This document shows positions 16,304 through 24,890 of a DNA stretch of 24,890 nucleotides, piece by piece. The stretch's first letter is position 1. Each line of letters begins with the position of its first letter. The position numbers and the translations under genes are program-made. Source of the stretch: an uncultured Eubacteriales bacterium (GTDB lineage Bacteria; Bacillota; Clostridia; Oscillospirales; Oscillospiraceae); NCBI GenBank assembly GCA_902475515.1, contig CABSAB010000001.1:1-24890 (forward strand), in the 5' to 3' direction. A model generated the notes under the pieces. It was not told the origin of the DNA. It saw only the letters and a list, made by a program, of their open reading frames with translations, and searched no databases.

Positions 16304-17365
16304 ATGACCTATCGTAATAAGCTGCTGCTGCGGCGCACATTCATCGTGCTCGGCATCATTTTTCTTGTGCTGGCTCTTGCTGCCATCATTGGCTTTACCT
16401 ATCTTGGCCGGTATGTGGTCTACACGGAAAACGGCGCATATTTCTCGTTCCATTCCCAGGAACCCCAGGTGCAGCCGTCGTCCGGCCCCCAGGTAGTGCT
16501 GGATCAGGTGGATCTGATCATGGGTGAATCCATTTCTGCCGACGAGATTCTGGGCAGTGATGATCACAACATCCCGGATACGGATGTACGCGGCGTTCTG
16601 GTGGACTATGACACCCTCCAAGCCGGGGTTTCTTTCAACGCTCTGAATATTGACACGGAAAGCTGCAATACCTTGGTACTGGAAATGCGCTCTAAGGGCA
16701 GCGAGATTTTGAACTCCGATTCTGTCCGCACACTGATCGACCGGGCAAAATCTCGCGACCTGCGGCTGATCGCTTTGATTTCCTGTTTGGATGACAGCGA
16801 ATATGCCCTGGACCATCGGGAGGATGCATTCAGCATTTCCGGCGGCGCCCTCTGGGTCAACAGCGAGGGAAACTACTATTTAAACCCCGCCAAGGATTCC
16901 GTGGTAGACTATGTGGCAGGATTCATCCATCAGCTGGCGGATATGGGCTTCCAGGAAGTAATTCTGGACAAGTTTTCTATCCCCTATAGCGACAGTATCA
17001 TTTACGATACGGGAGACTCCTCCCTGGAGGATCTTCTGATCAAAGCCTACCATGATTTGCTGGATGAGACCGTGGGAGACTGTGACATCGGGCTTTTGAT
17101 CTCAGATCCCGAGGAGGGCCATCAGGCCCTGTCCACCGCGGACCGGCTTTACGTTTTCTTCTCTGAGGGCAGCCGGGTCAGCCGCTATGCGGAGGAGCAT
17201 CCGGATCAATATGTGGTGTTCATCACTGCCTCTCATGACACCCGATTTGAGGGCTATGGCAAAATCTTTGCGGAATCCGGCGATCGCATCCGTACAACCA
17301 CTCAGGATATGCCTGAGGACACAGATCCTGAAGAAGGGGCTCCTGACGAGGAGCCTTATGAATAA
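16304..17365 (+). CDS. Membrane-anchored protein with a putative glycoside-hydrolase-like (DUF4015-like) domain
   Basis: Basic N-terminus plus one TM helix. LIALISCLDD...GALWVN...YLNP...VVDYV...LADMGFQEVILD resembles the DUF4015 pattern. Acidic C-tail. Starts 10 nt after prmA. Confidence 0.6.
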   Translation: MTYRNKLLLRRTFIVLGIIFLVLALAAIIGFTYLGRYVVYTENGAYFSFHSQEPQVQPSSGPQVVLDQVDLIMGESISADEILGSDDHNIPDTDVRGVLVDYDTLQAGVSFNALNIDTESCNTLVLEMRSKGSEILNSDSVRTLIDRAKSRDLRLIALISCLDDSEYALDHREDAFSISGGALWVNSEGNYYLNPAKDSVVDYVAGFIHQLADMGFQEVILDKFSIPYSDSIIYDTGDSSLEDLLIKAYHDLLDETVGDCDIGLLISDPEEGHQALSTADRLYVFFSEGSRVSRYAEEHPDQYVVFITASHDTRFEGYGKIFAESGDRIRTTTQDMPEDTDPEEGAPDEEPYE

Positions 17366-17370
17366 AACAC

Positions 17371-17406
17371 AAAGCTGCTGCAAGACATGTTTCTTGCAGC
17401 AGCTTT
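17371..17406. terminator. Bidirectional terminator
   Basis: AAAGCTGCTGCAAGA-CATGTT-TCTTGCAGCAGCTTT between convergent genes. Confidence 0.8.
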
Positions 17407-17413
17407 TATCCTG

Positions 17414-18100
17414 TTAAAATGGCAGTTTGAAGCGCCTTGGCGGTACCGGTGTGGGCATTTCCACAATGGGATGGCTCCCCGGAGGCGCAGACATGGGTAC
17501 ACCCGGATCATATTCTACGATCTTATATCCGCAGGCATTAATCATTACCGTCTCATTGTAAGGATAAATCGCCCGGCGGTCCATGGGATTTTCCCCCAGG
17601 TGCCGGTGTCCATAGAAGTGAATGGCCGGCTTATATACATCATCCACATAGCGGAAAGATTGGAAGCCCTCATGGAACAGATCCGGTCCATCTCCGAGGC
17701 CAACAGCAGGCGCATGGGTCACAAACAAGTCCAGTCCCTTGGCCCGTCGAATCTGCGGCTCCAGCCGCCTGACTTTTTTCCACATCTGGTCATCGGAATA
17801 CTCATAGGTGGTGGGATGGGGGCTTTTACATCCGCCAAGACCCATCATGCGAACGCCCTTATAGACGACAACTCGGCCGTCAATGTTCACACAGCCCTCC
17901 GGCGGTGCCTGTTCATAGCGCTTATCGTGATTCCCCGGCACATAGAACAGCGGGCAGGGGATCATCGTGACGAGAAATGACAAGTATTTTGCGGAAAGAT
18001 CTCCGCAGGAAATGATCATTTTCACATCCCGAAACCGTTCCGGATCAAAATGATCCCATATGAACTTACTCTCAATGTCGGAAACCACAAGAATCTTCAT
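17414..18100 (-). CDS. Calcineurin-like metallophosphoesterase
   Basis: MKILVVSDIE, SCGDL, YVPGNHD, VTHAP and YGHRH motifs. GGAGGG RBS. Confidence 0.88.
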   Translation of the reverse strand: MKILVVSDIESKFIWDHFDPERFRDVKMIISCGDLSAKYLSFLVTMIPCPLFYVPGNHDKRYEQAPPEGCVNIDGRVVVYKGVRMMGLGGCKSPHPTTYEYSDDQMWKKVRRLEPQIRRAKGLDLFVTHAPAVGLGDGPDLFHEGFQSFRYVDDVYKPAIHFYGHRHLGENPMDRRAIYPYNETVMINACGYKIVEYDPGVPMSAPPGSHPIVEMPTPVPPRRFKLPF

Positions 18101-18133
18101 AAGCCCTCCACTGGGAAATGGTTAGATAGTTTG

Positions 18134-18162
18134 AGTATATCAAAAGTTTCGACAAAATGCAA
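18134..18162 (-). promoter_or_regulatory. Sigma-A promoter for the metallophosphoesterase
   Basis: Minus strand TTGCAT-17 nt-TATACT with extended -10 TGa. Confidence 0.65.
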
Positions 18163-18171
18163 GGGAACTGT

Positions 18172-18200
18172 TTGTACTTTTATGGAAACTGTGCTACACT
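18172..18200 (+). promoter_or_regulatory. Sigma-A promoter for the WYL regulator
   Basis: TTGTAC-17 nt-TACACT with extended -10 TGc. Confidence 0.6.
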
Positions 18201-18222
18201 AGATCAGAACGGAGGGAACAAG

Positions 18223-19185
18223 ATGCCAAAGTCCGAACATACCAAAGAAAAGCTCCTGGCCCTGATGGATATTCTGCGCCGGGAAACCGATGAAGACCAT
18301 CACCTTCCCATGCCGGAGCTCCTGCGGCTGCTAACGCAGCGGGGCATCCCGGCGGAGCGAAAGAGCCTTTACCGGGACCTTGCGCTGCTGGAGGAGGCCG
18401 GATGGGACATCCTGCGGGACCAAAAAGGCTACTATCTTGCCTCCGGTGATTTTGAACTGGCGGAGCTGAAGCTCCTGGCCGATGCGGTGCAATGCTCCCG
18501 CTTCATCACCGAGAAAAAATCCTATGAGCTTATCGGAAAGCTGGAGACACTCACCAGCCGGCACCAAGCTGTCCAGCTGCGGCGGCAGCTCCATCTGGTG
18601 GGCCGCTCCAAGACCTCCAATGAGCAGATCTACTACAATATCGACGCACTGTACCGCGCCATCAACCGGGACTGCCAGATCACATTTCACTATCTGGAGT
18701 GGCACAGTGACAAGACCCGCCGCAAACGTGAAAAGCGCTATCACGCCTCCCCTTATGGACTATGCTGGGACAGCGAAAACTATTACCTGGTAGCCCATAC
18801 GGAGCCTCGTGGAAAAACCCATTACCGGGTGGACCGCATGGCTGATATCGTCCTACTGGATACTCCCCGGGAGGCCCACGACCAATACCGGGATCTGGAT
18901 ATGGCCCAATATTCCAAGCAGGTCTTTGGCATGTTTGGCGGAGATCCCGTCAGTGTGCGGCTGCAATTCCCGGAGGAGCTGGCGGACAGCGCGGTGGACA
19001 AGTTTGGCAGCGATGTGATGATGGTCCCTCACCAGGATGGGACCTTTACCCTCTCGGCCACAGTGGCAGTATCTCCGGTATTTTTCTCCTGGGTGTTCAG
19101 TTTCGGAGGCCGGGTGAAAATTTTAGACCCGGAACCTGTTGCGCAGCAGTATCGGGACATGTGCCAAAAAGCCTTGGAGCTATAG
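18223..19185 (+). CDS. HTH-WYL-WCX transcriptional regulator
   Basis: N-terminal wHTH (ERKSLYRDLALL), WYL domain (ASPYGLCWDSENYYLVA...YRVDRM) and C-terminal WCX (FFSWVFSFGGRVKILDP). GGAGGG upstream of ATG 18223. Confidence 0.9.
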   Translation: MPKSEHTKEKLLALMDILRRETDEDHHLPMPELLRLLTQRGIPAERKSLYRDLALLEEAGWDILRDQKGYYLASGDFELAELKLLADAVQCSRFITEKKSYELIGKLETLTSRHQAVQLRRQLHLVGRSKTSNEQIYYNIDALYRAINRDCQITFHYLEWHSDKTRRKREKRYHASPYGLCWDSENYYLVAHTEPRGKTHYRVDRMADIVLLDTPREAHDQYRDLDMAQYSKQVFGMFGGDPVSVRLQFPEELADSAVDKFGSDVMMVPHQDGTFTLSATVAVSPVFFSWVFSFGGRVKILDPEPVAQQYRDMCQKALEL

Positions 19186-19190
19186 AAAAT

Positions 19191-19218
19191 CGGGACGGAC
19201 CATATTCGGTCCGTCCCG
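19191..19218. terminator. Bidirectional terminator between the WYL gene and dapL
   Basis: CGGGACGGACC-ATATTC-GGTCCGTCCCG. Confidence 0.75.
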
Positions 19219-19227
19219 TTATTGTCC

Positions 19228-20442
19228 TTACCGCAGCAGCGCCACGATCCGTGCCACTGCCTCCCGGGTGTCCTCCCGGCCCCCAAAGGCCGTAACCCGG
19301 ATATACCCTTCCCCACTGGGTCCAAACCCAGCACCGGGGGTGGTGACTACACCGGCTTCTTTCAGCAGACGGTCAAAGAACGACCAGGAGTCCGTAGGAG
19401 TCTTGAACCAGACATAGGGCGAATTCACACCGCCGTAGACCGGGAGTCCCGCCTCCTGGAGCCCCTCCCGAATGATCCGGGCATTTTCCTGATAGAAGGC
19501 GATGGTCTCACGGATCTGCTTTCTTCCCGTCTCACTGTAGACCGCTTCGGCCCCCCGCTGGATCACATAAGGAACCCCATTGAACTTGGTGGTATGGCGG
19601 CGGTTCCACATGGCATTGAGGCTTTTGCCCTGACGGACCAGCTCCTTGGGCACCACCGTATAGGCACAGCGGTTCCCGGTAAAGCCCGCCGTCTTGGAGA
19701 AGCTGCGGAACTCAATGGCACAGGTTCTGGCTTCTTCCAGCTCATAGATACTGTGGGGCACGTCCGCCTCGGTGATAAACGCCTCATAAGCCGCATCAAA
19801 GAGGATGACTGCATCCTCCTGATTGGCGTAATCCACCCACTTCTGAAGCTGCGCTTTTGTGAGGGTCGTCCCTGTGGGATTGTTGGGCAGGCACAGGTAG
19901 ATCAAGTCCACATGGGTCTTAGGCAGCTCCGGCACAAAGCCATTTTCCGCCGTGGTGGGCATGTAATAGATCTTGGACCACTTCTCCTCTGCGGGGAGGT
20001 ATTCCCCTGCCCGGCCGGCCATGGCATTGGTATCCACATACACCGGATAAACCGGGTCGCAGACCGCTACGATATTATCCTTGGAGAAAATATCTCCAAT
20101 ATTGCCGCAGTCGCTTTTGGCACCGTCCGACACAAACACCTCGTCCATATCGATCCTTACGCCGTAAGGTGCATAATCCCCCTCCACAATGGCCTTCCGC
20201 AGGAAATCATACCCCTGCTCCGGCCCGTAGCCGCGGAATGTCTCCTGGGCGCCCATCTCATCCACCGCTTTGTGCATAGCCTCAATGACTGCGGGGGCCA
20301 GCGGCTGGGTCACATCACCAATGCCCAGGCGGATCAGCTTTTTCTCCGGATGCTCCGCGGAATACGCCGCCACCCGTCGGGCGATCTCCGCAAACAGATA
20401 GCTACCGGGCAGCTTCTGATAATTCTCGTTAATTTTTGCCAT
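19228..20442 (-). CDS. dapL: LL-diaminopimelate aminotransferase
   Basis: [46 protein letters not shown] and [13 protein letters not shown] motifs. Adjacent to dapF. Confidence 0.95.
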   Translation of the reverse strand: MAKINENYQKLPGSYLFAEIARRVAAYSAEHPEKKLIRLGIGDVTQPLAPAVIEAMHKAVDEMGAQETFRGYGPEQGYDFLRKAIVEGDYAPYGVRIDMDEVFVSDGAKSDCGNIGDIFSKDNIVAVCDPVYPVYVDTNAMAGRAGEYLPAEEKWSKIYYMPTTAENGFVPELPKTHVDLIYLCLPNNPTGTTLTKAQLQKWVDYANQEDAVILFDAAYEAFITEADVPHSIYELEEARTCAIEFRSFSKTAGFTGNRCAYTVVPKELVRQGKSLNAMWNRRHTTKFNGVPYVIQRGAEAVYSETGRKQIRETIAFYQENARIIREGLQEAGLPVYGGVNSPYVWFKTPTDSWSFFDRLLKEAGVVTTPGAGFGPSGEGYIRVTAFGGREDTREAVARIVALLR

Positions 20443-20449
20443 TGCTATA

Positions 20450-21307
20450 TCACTCCTTGATGATTAGATGGGCCGGCAGATCGATCTCTCCATCGAATAC
20501 AAATTCCGCTGGGCCGGTCATAAAAACATGGCCAGTCTTTTCATCCCAGCTGATCCTGAGATCTCCGCCCAGAAGCTTGACCGTAGCTTCCCGCTCACAT
20601 TTTCCGCAGAGCACACCAGCCACCAGAGACGCGCAGGCGCCGGTGCCACAGGCCAGGGTCTCCCCTGCCCCCCGCTCCCAAACGCGCATCCGCAGCGTCT
20701 TCGGGTCCAGCACCTCCACAAATTCTGTATTGGTCCGCTCGGGAAACAGCGGATGGTTCTCATAGTCCGGGCCGATCTTTTCCAGCTCCAGATCCTCTGT
20801 ACGTTCTACAAACACCACCGCATGGGGGTTGCCCATCGAAACTGCCGTCATAGAGACCGTCTTCCCGTGGACCTCCACCGGCACATTCACAAAGCACAGT
20901 TCCTCTGCCCGCACAGGGATCTGTTGGGGCTCCAGGATCGGTATTCCCATATCCACACAGACAGACGCCGTCTTTCCATGCTCTAACGTCAGTTCCAGCG
21001 TCTTGATCCCCGCGGCGGTTTCCACCGTAACAGTGGTTTGATCGGTGAGTCCCCTGTCATGGGCAAACTTTCCCACACAACGGATGCCGTTGCCGCACAT
21101 CTGGGCTTCGGAGCCATCCGCATTGTACATAACCATCCGCACATCTGCGACTTCAGACGGACAAATCAGGATCAGTCCATCTGAGCCAACGCCGAAGTGC
21201 CGGTCCGAGATAAACCTTGCGGTCGCCGCGGGATCATCCACCCGTTCCGCAAAACAGTTTACATACACATAGTCGTTGCCGATACCGTGCATTTTAGTAA
21301 ATCTCAT
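20450..21307 (-). CDS. dapF: Diaminopimelate epimerase
   Basis: [30 protein letters not shown] and [16 protein letters not shown] motifs. GGAGGA before ATG 21307. Confidence 0.96.
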   Translation of the reverse strand: MRFTKMHGIGNDYVYVNCFAERVDDPAATARFISDRHFGVGSDGLILICPSEVADVRMVMYNADGSEAQMCGNGIRCVGKFAHDRGLTDQTTVTVETAAGIKTLELTLEHGKTASVCVDMGIPILEPQQIPVRAEELCFVNVPVEVHGKTVSMTAVSMGNPHAVVFVERTEDLELEKIGPDYENHPLFPERTNTEFVEVLDPKTLRMRVWERGAGETLACGTGACASLVAGVLCGKCEREATVKLLGGDLRISWDEKTGHVFMTGPAEFVFDGEIDLPAHLIIKE

Positions 21308-21333
21308 AAGGTCCTCCTGCCACAATCATACCG

Positions 21334-22344
21334 TTATGCCTGTTCTCGATCTGTTGTATGCGCCGCATCCGCCAGGAATGCTTCAAAATTATTTTGGAAC
21401 TTTTCCGCGTATTCCGTTGTATAGCCCTGTACAAAGGGATGTCCCTGGGCTGCAATGTTTGCCAAAAAGCGCTCACAGCTCTTTTGCTCCATAAAATTGA
21501 TCCGAAGCATTGTCTGATCCACCGTGTAAAGAGCAACCGGCCAGCGGTATTTGCTCACCACCATAGGCTCTGGCATCGCATAGCCCCAGATGATTTCCGA
21601 GGTCTTCAGCGCCCGGCTTCCGGGCCCCTTCGAATACCAGATATACTCGCCGACCCGCACCCGCTCGATTTGCGCCGCCTGGAAAAAGGCTTCATCCGAA
21701 ACCGAATTCCCCAGCATATTCCGCACATGGCGCTGATAACATCCGCTGAAAATTACCACCAGCTGTGCCACAAGCAGCAAAAACACCACGGCCGATGCAG
21801 CGCCCAGGATCTTGACCCAGGTCTCGGAAAAAAGTCCGACACTGTTCAGCTCGATCTGCCAGAGCGAAATATCATAGTCCGGCAACTCATACTTATCGAG
21901 GCAGTCCGCCATGTAATCCGCCATCCCATCCTCCAGCGGCTTGACGGTGCCCCGGAGCGTGCCGATCTCTGTCAGCGTATCAAGGTCGCCCAAATAGTAT
22001 TCGTGGCTCTGTTCCATGGCTTTTTCCAGCATAGCGCTGTTTTGCTCCTTACGGTCCACCACTGCCAGGTAGACATCCGGGATTGTAAGCAGATAATAGG
22101 TTTTTAATGTCTCGCTTCCGCTGTCGGATTTGGAGGACAGGCTTGCAAAGGCCACAATGACCTCGCTGGCGTCAAAGGATACATAATCGCCGGTTTTGAC
22201 ATAGGCGTCCAGGGGCTTTGGTCCTGCCAAAAGCCGCAGCAGGCCACTGCCACACAGTCCCAGCAGTACCACCAGCACCAATGCGCAGGCAATGATCCGG
22301 GGCAGCAGCCGCTTGAAGCTTTCTTTGCGCAGAATTTTATACAT
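21334..22344 (-). CDS. Hypothetical membrane protein (two TM segments flanking a likely extracytoplasmic domain, plus a C-terminal soluble domain)
   Basis: Long ORF co-oriented with dapF. Hydrophobic segments IIACALVLVVLLGLCG and ILGAASAVVFLLLVAQLVVIF. GGAG before ATG 22344 (alternative start 22371). Confidence 0.75.
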   Translation of the reverse strand: MYKILRKESFKRLLPRIIACALVLVVLLGLCGSGLLRLLAGPKPLDAYVKTGDYVSFDASEVIVAFASLSSKSDSGSETLKTYYLLTIPDVYLAVVDRKEQNSAMLEKAMEQSHEYYLGDLDTLTEIGTLRGTVKPLEDGMADYMADCLDKYELPDYDISLWQIELNSVGLFSETWVKILGAASAVVFLLLVAQLVVIFSGCYQRHVRNMLGNSVSDEAFFQAAQIERVRVGEYIWYSKGPGSRALKTSEIIWGYAMPEPMVVSKYRWPVALYTVDQTMLRINFMEQKSCERFLANIAAQGHPFVQGYTTEYAEKFQNNFEAFLADAAHTTDREQA

Positions 22345-22400
22345 AGGAATCACTCCGCTCTTCATGTCCATGGGGAATCACGTCCCTGGATATTTTCGTT

Positions 22401-22429
22401 ATTATAACAAAAAATGCGGCGAGAGGCAA
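22401..22429 (-). promoter_or_regulatory. Sigma-A promoter for the membrane protein-dapF-dapL unit
   Basis: Minus strand TTGCCT-17 nt-TATAAT with extended -10 TGt. Confidence 0.65.
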
Positions 22430-22448
22430 CTGATTTCCGGGAAGGTTA

Positions 22449-22477
22449 TTGACATTCGCGGGAATTTCGGCGAAACT
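22449..22477 (+). promoter_or_regulatory. Possible glpK promoter (consensus -35, weak -10)
   Basis: TTGACA (22449-22454)-17 nt-GAAACT. Confidence 0.35.
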
Positions 22478-22505
22478 ATAGGAAAGACACGAAAGGAGCC
22501 TTGCC

Positions 22506-24023
22506 ATGAACGGCTATGTTCTCTCTGTGGACCAGGGGACTACCTCCTCCCGGGCCATTATCTTTGACCGAAGCGGAAGGATCGTCACCCGGGCCCAGTA
22601 TCCCATCACACAGCACTATCCCGCCCCCGGCTGGGTGGAGCACGATCCCATGGAGATCCTCTCCACGGAATTGCTCGCCATGGCGGAAGCCTTTCAAAAA
22701 AGCGGCTTGAGCCCCACAGATATTGCTGCCATCGGCATCACCAATCAACGGGAGACCACCATTCTCTGGGAAAAAGACACCGGAAAACCCGTCTGCAACG
22801 CCATCGTCTGGCAGTGCCGCCGCACCGCAGCACTGTGTGAGCAATTGAAAGCGGAGGGTGCGTCAGAGCTGGTGCTGGATAAGACCGGACTTTTGATCGA
22901 TCCCTATTTCTCCGGCACAAAAATCCGCTGGCTCCTGGACCAAGATCCCGAACTGCAAAAACGGGCCGAGCGGGGCGAAATCCTCTTTGGCAACGTAGAC
23001 TCCTTCCTGATCTGGCATCTCACCGGCGGGAAAGCCCATGTGACCGACTATTCCAATGCCTCCCGCACCATGCTGTTTGACATTGACCGACTGTGCTGGG
23101 ACCCTGAGCTGTGCGGACTTTTGAACATCCCCATGGCCATGCTGCCATCTCCGGTTCCCTCCTCCATGGTCTATGGCACCGTGGCTCCAAAGCTGCGGGG
23201 CCTGGAGATGCTGGAGGGCATCCCCATCGCCGGCTCTGCTGGAGATCAGGCGGCGGCGTTGTTTGGCCAGGGTTGCTTTACAGCCGGACAGGCCAAGAAC
23301 ACCTATGGCACCGGCTGTTTTACCCTGCTCAATACCGGAACGAACAGTGTGCGTTCCCATCAGGGACTTTTGACCTCTGTGGCCTGGAGCCTGAATGGCC
23401 AGACCACCTATGCCCTGGAGGGCAGTGCATTCAACGCCGGCTCCGCCATCCAATGGCTGCGGGACGAATGTCATATCATTGCTGCCGCCCACGAGTGCGA
23501 TGTGCTGGCGGAGTCGCTTCCCAGCAATGAGGGCGTCTACTTTGTCCCGGCCTTTACGGGGCTGGGCGCCCCCTATTGGGACGTCGATGCCAGAGGCAGC
23601 TTTTTCGGACTCACCCGGGGCTCCGGCGCCGCCCATATGTGCCGGGCTGTGCTGGAATCCATTGCCTATGAGGTACAGGACCTGGTGGCTGCCATGATCC
23701 GGGAATCCGGCACCGCCATGACAGAGCTGCGGGTAGATGGTGGCGCCAGCGTTAGCGACGTGATGATGCAGTTCCAGTCCGACATCCTGTCCCTGCCGGT
23801 GCTGCGGCCTGCCATGGTGGAGACCACCGCTGCTGGCGCGGCATTCCTGGCCGGGCTTGCCACCGGTGTCTGGAGCGGCACAGAGGAGCTGTCTACACTC
23901 CAGCAGACGGACCGCATCTTCCGGCCCATTATGCCCCAGGAAACACAGGACCATTACATCCGGTGCTGGCATGCTGCTGTGGAGCTCTCCCGGCAGTTTG
24001 GCCGCATGACTTCATCCCACTGA
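22506..24023 (+). CDS. glpK: Glycerol kinase
   Basis: DQGTTSSR, PGWVEHDP, GITNQRET, WQCRRT, DPYFSGTK, GDQAAALFG, KNTYGTG, VPAFTGLGAPYW and RVDGG motifs. Confidence 0.94.
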   Translation: MNGYVLSVDQGTTSSRAIIFDRSGRIVTRAQYPITQHYPAPGWVEHDPMEILSTELLAMAEAFQKSGLSPTDIAAIGITNQRETTILWEKDTGKPVCNAIVWQCRRTAALCEQLKAEGASELVLDKTGLLIDPYFSGTKIRWLLDQDPELQKRAERGEILFGNVDSFLIWHLTGGKAHVTDYSNASRTMLFDIDRLCWDPELCGLLNIPMAMLPSPVPSSMVYGTVAPKLRGLEMLEGIPIAGSAGDQAAALFGQGCFTAGQAKNTYGTGCFTLLNTGTNSVRSHQGLLTSVAWSLNGQTTYALEGSAFNAGSAIQWLRDECHIIAAAHECDVLAESLPSNEGVYFVPAFTGLGAPYWDVDARGSFFGLTRGSGAAHMCRAVLESIAYEVQDLVAAMIRESGTAMTELRVDGGASVSDVMMQFQSDILSLPVLRPAMVETTAAGAAFLAGLATGVWSGTEELSTLQQTDRIFRPIMPQETQDHYIRCWHAAVELSRQFGRMTSSH

Positions 24024-24039
24024 AAAAGGAGCAATATTC

Positions 24040-24890
24040 ATGATCTCAGAAAAAATGAAACGGCTGGCGGAGAATAACTCTGTGATCCGCGCCATGTTTG
24101 AAGAGGGCCAGATCATGGCCAAGCAATACGGAAAAGAGAATGTCTATGACTTTTCCCTGGGCAATCCCTCGGTACCTGCGCCGGAGGCTGTGCGGAGGGC
24201 CGCCTTTGATATTCTCCAGGAAGAGGATTCTCTGCTGATCCACGGCTATATGTCCAATGTGGGCTATGCAGATGTGCGCCAGGCTGTAGCAGAGAATCTG
24301 AACCGCCGCTTTGACACCGACTTTACCTCGGAGAACATCATTATGACCGTAGGCGCTGCCGGCGGCCTCAACGTGATCCTGAAGACTTTGCTGAATCCCG
24401 GCGACGAGGTCATCACTTTTGCCCCATACTTTGCCGAGTACGGAAACTATGTGATGAATTACGACGGGACCCTTGTGGTGGTGTCCCCGGATACGGAGAC
24501 CTTCCAGCCCAATCTCCGGGAATTTTCCGAGAAGATCACTCCCCGCACCAAGGCTGTGATTATTAATAACCCGAACAATCCCACCGGCGTTGTATATTCC
24601 CACGAAACCTGCCGGGAGCTCTCCCGTATCCTGCGTGAAAAGCAGCGCGAATACGGCACATCCATCTACCTGATCTCGGATGAACCCTACCGGGAGCTGA
24701 CTTACGACGGTGTGGAGGTCCCGTTTCTGACCAAATACTATGCCAACACCATTGTCGGCTACAGTTGGTCAAAATCCCTGTCCCTGCCGGGTGAACGCAT
24801 CGGTTATCTGGTGATCCCCAATGAATGCGACGATTCGGAACTGATCTATTCTGCCGCAGGCATCGCCACCCGGGTCACAAATTCTACCTC
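24040..24890 (+). CDS. PLP-dependent class I (aspartate-type) aminotransferase; truncated by the right edge
   Basis: Hand translation from ATG 24040 (AAGGAG RBS): MISEKMK...IRAMFEEG...VYDFSLGNP...GAAGGLN...NNPNNPTG...SDEPYREL...SWSKSLSLPGERIGY. Absent from the ORF track because it has no stop in the window. Confidence 0.9.
   Translation, partial: MISEKMKRLAENNSVIRAMFEEGQIMAKQYGKENVYDFSLGNPSVPAPEAVRRAAFDILQEEDSLLIHGYMSNVGYADVRQAVAENLNRRFDTDFTSENIIMTVGAAGGLNVILKTLLNPGDEVITFAPYFAEYGNYVMNYDGTLVVVSPDTETFQPNLREFSEKITPRTKAVIINNPNNPTGVVYSHETCRELSRILREKQREYGTSIYLISDEPYRELTYDGVEVPFLTKYYANTIVGYSWSKSLSLPGERIGYLVIPNECDDSELIYSAAGIATRVTNST

Noticed and set aside
4688..19218. Intergenic inverted repeats as a REP/MITE family or CRISPR repeats
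   Set aside because: The hairpins do not share sequence with one another, and each sits at a gene end as expected for terminators.
19222..20460. 412-aa ORF spanning dapL on the opposite strand
   Set aside because: Codon-aligned antisense frame, expected in GC-rich genes. No recognisable motif or RBS, and it starts right after a terminator hairpin.
22863..23972. 369-aa ORF antisense to glpK; similar ones lie opposite ftsH (3110-4072), tex (10603-11553) and pncB (5366-6187)
   Set aside because: Same antisense-shadow artefact, with no independent coding signals.

Overview
GC-rich, mostly housekeeping chromosomal segment of a Firmicute. The gene content and style suggest Clostridia, probably Oscillospiraceae/Ruminococcaceae-like (inference). 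There are 19 CDS, two of them truncated by the window edges. In order: a >569-aa membrane protein missed by the ORF track that looks like a degenerate P1B-type ATPase, rlmB-family methyltransferase, ftsH, ferredoxin-nitroreductase fusion, pncB, pncA, DUF1846 protein, tex, lgt, a YmfH/YmfF-like M16 pair, prmA, a DUF4015-like membrane-anchored protein, a metallophosphoesterase divergent from a WYL regulator, dapL, dapF, a membrane protein, glpK and a class I aminotransferase. I saw no CRISPR array, RNA gene, transposase, integrase or phage gene. The best candidates for something undescribed are (1) the pseudo-P-type ATPase behind rlmB, which lacks the CPC, DKTGT, HP and GxG motifs and apparently the actuator domain, (2) the WYL/metallophosphoesterase pair with mirror-image back-to-back promoters, and (3) a structured leader upstream of the ymfF-ymfH-lgt operon. 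All assignments come from motif recognition by eye, with no database search.
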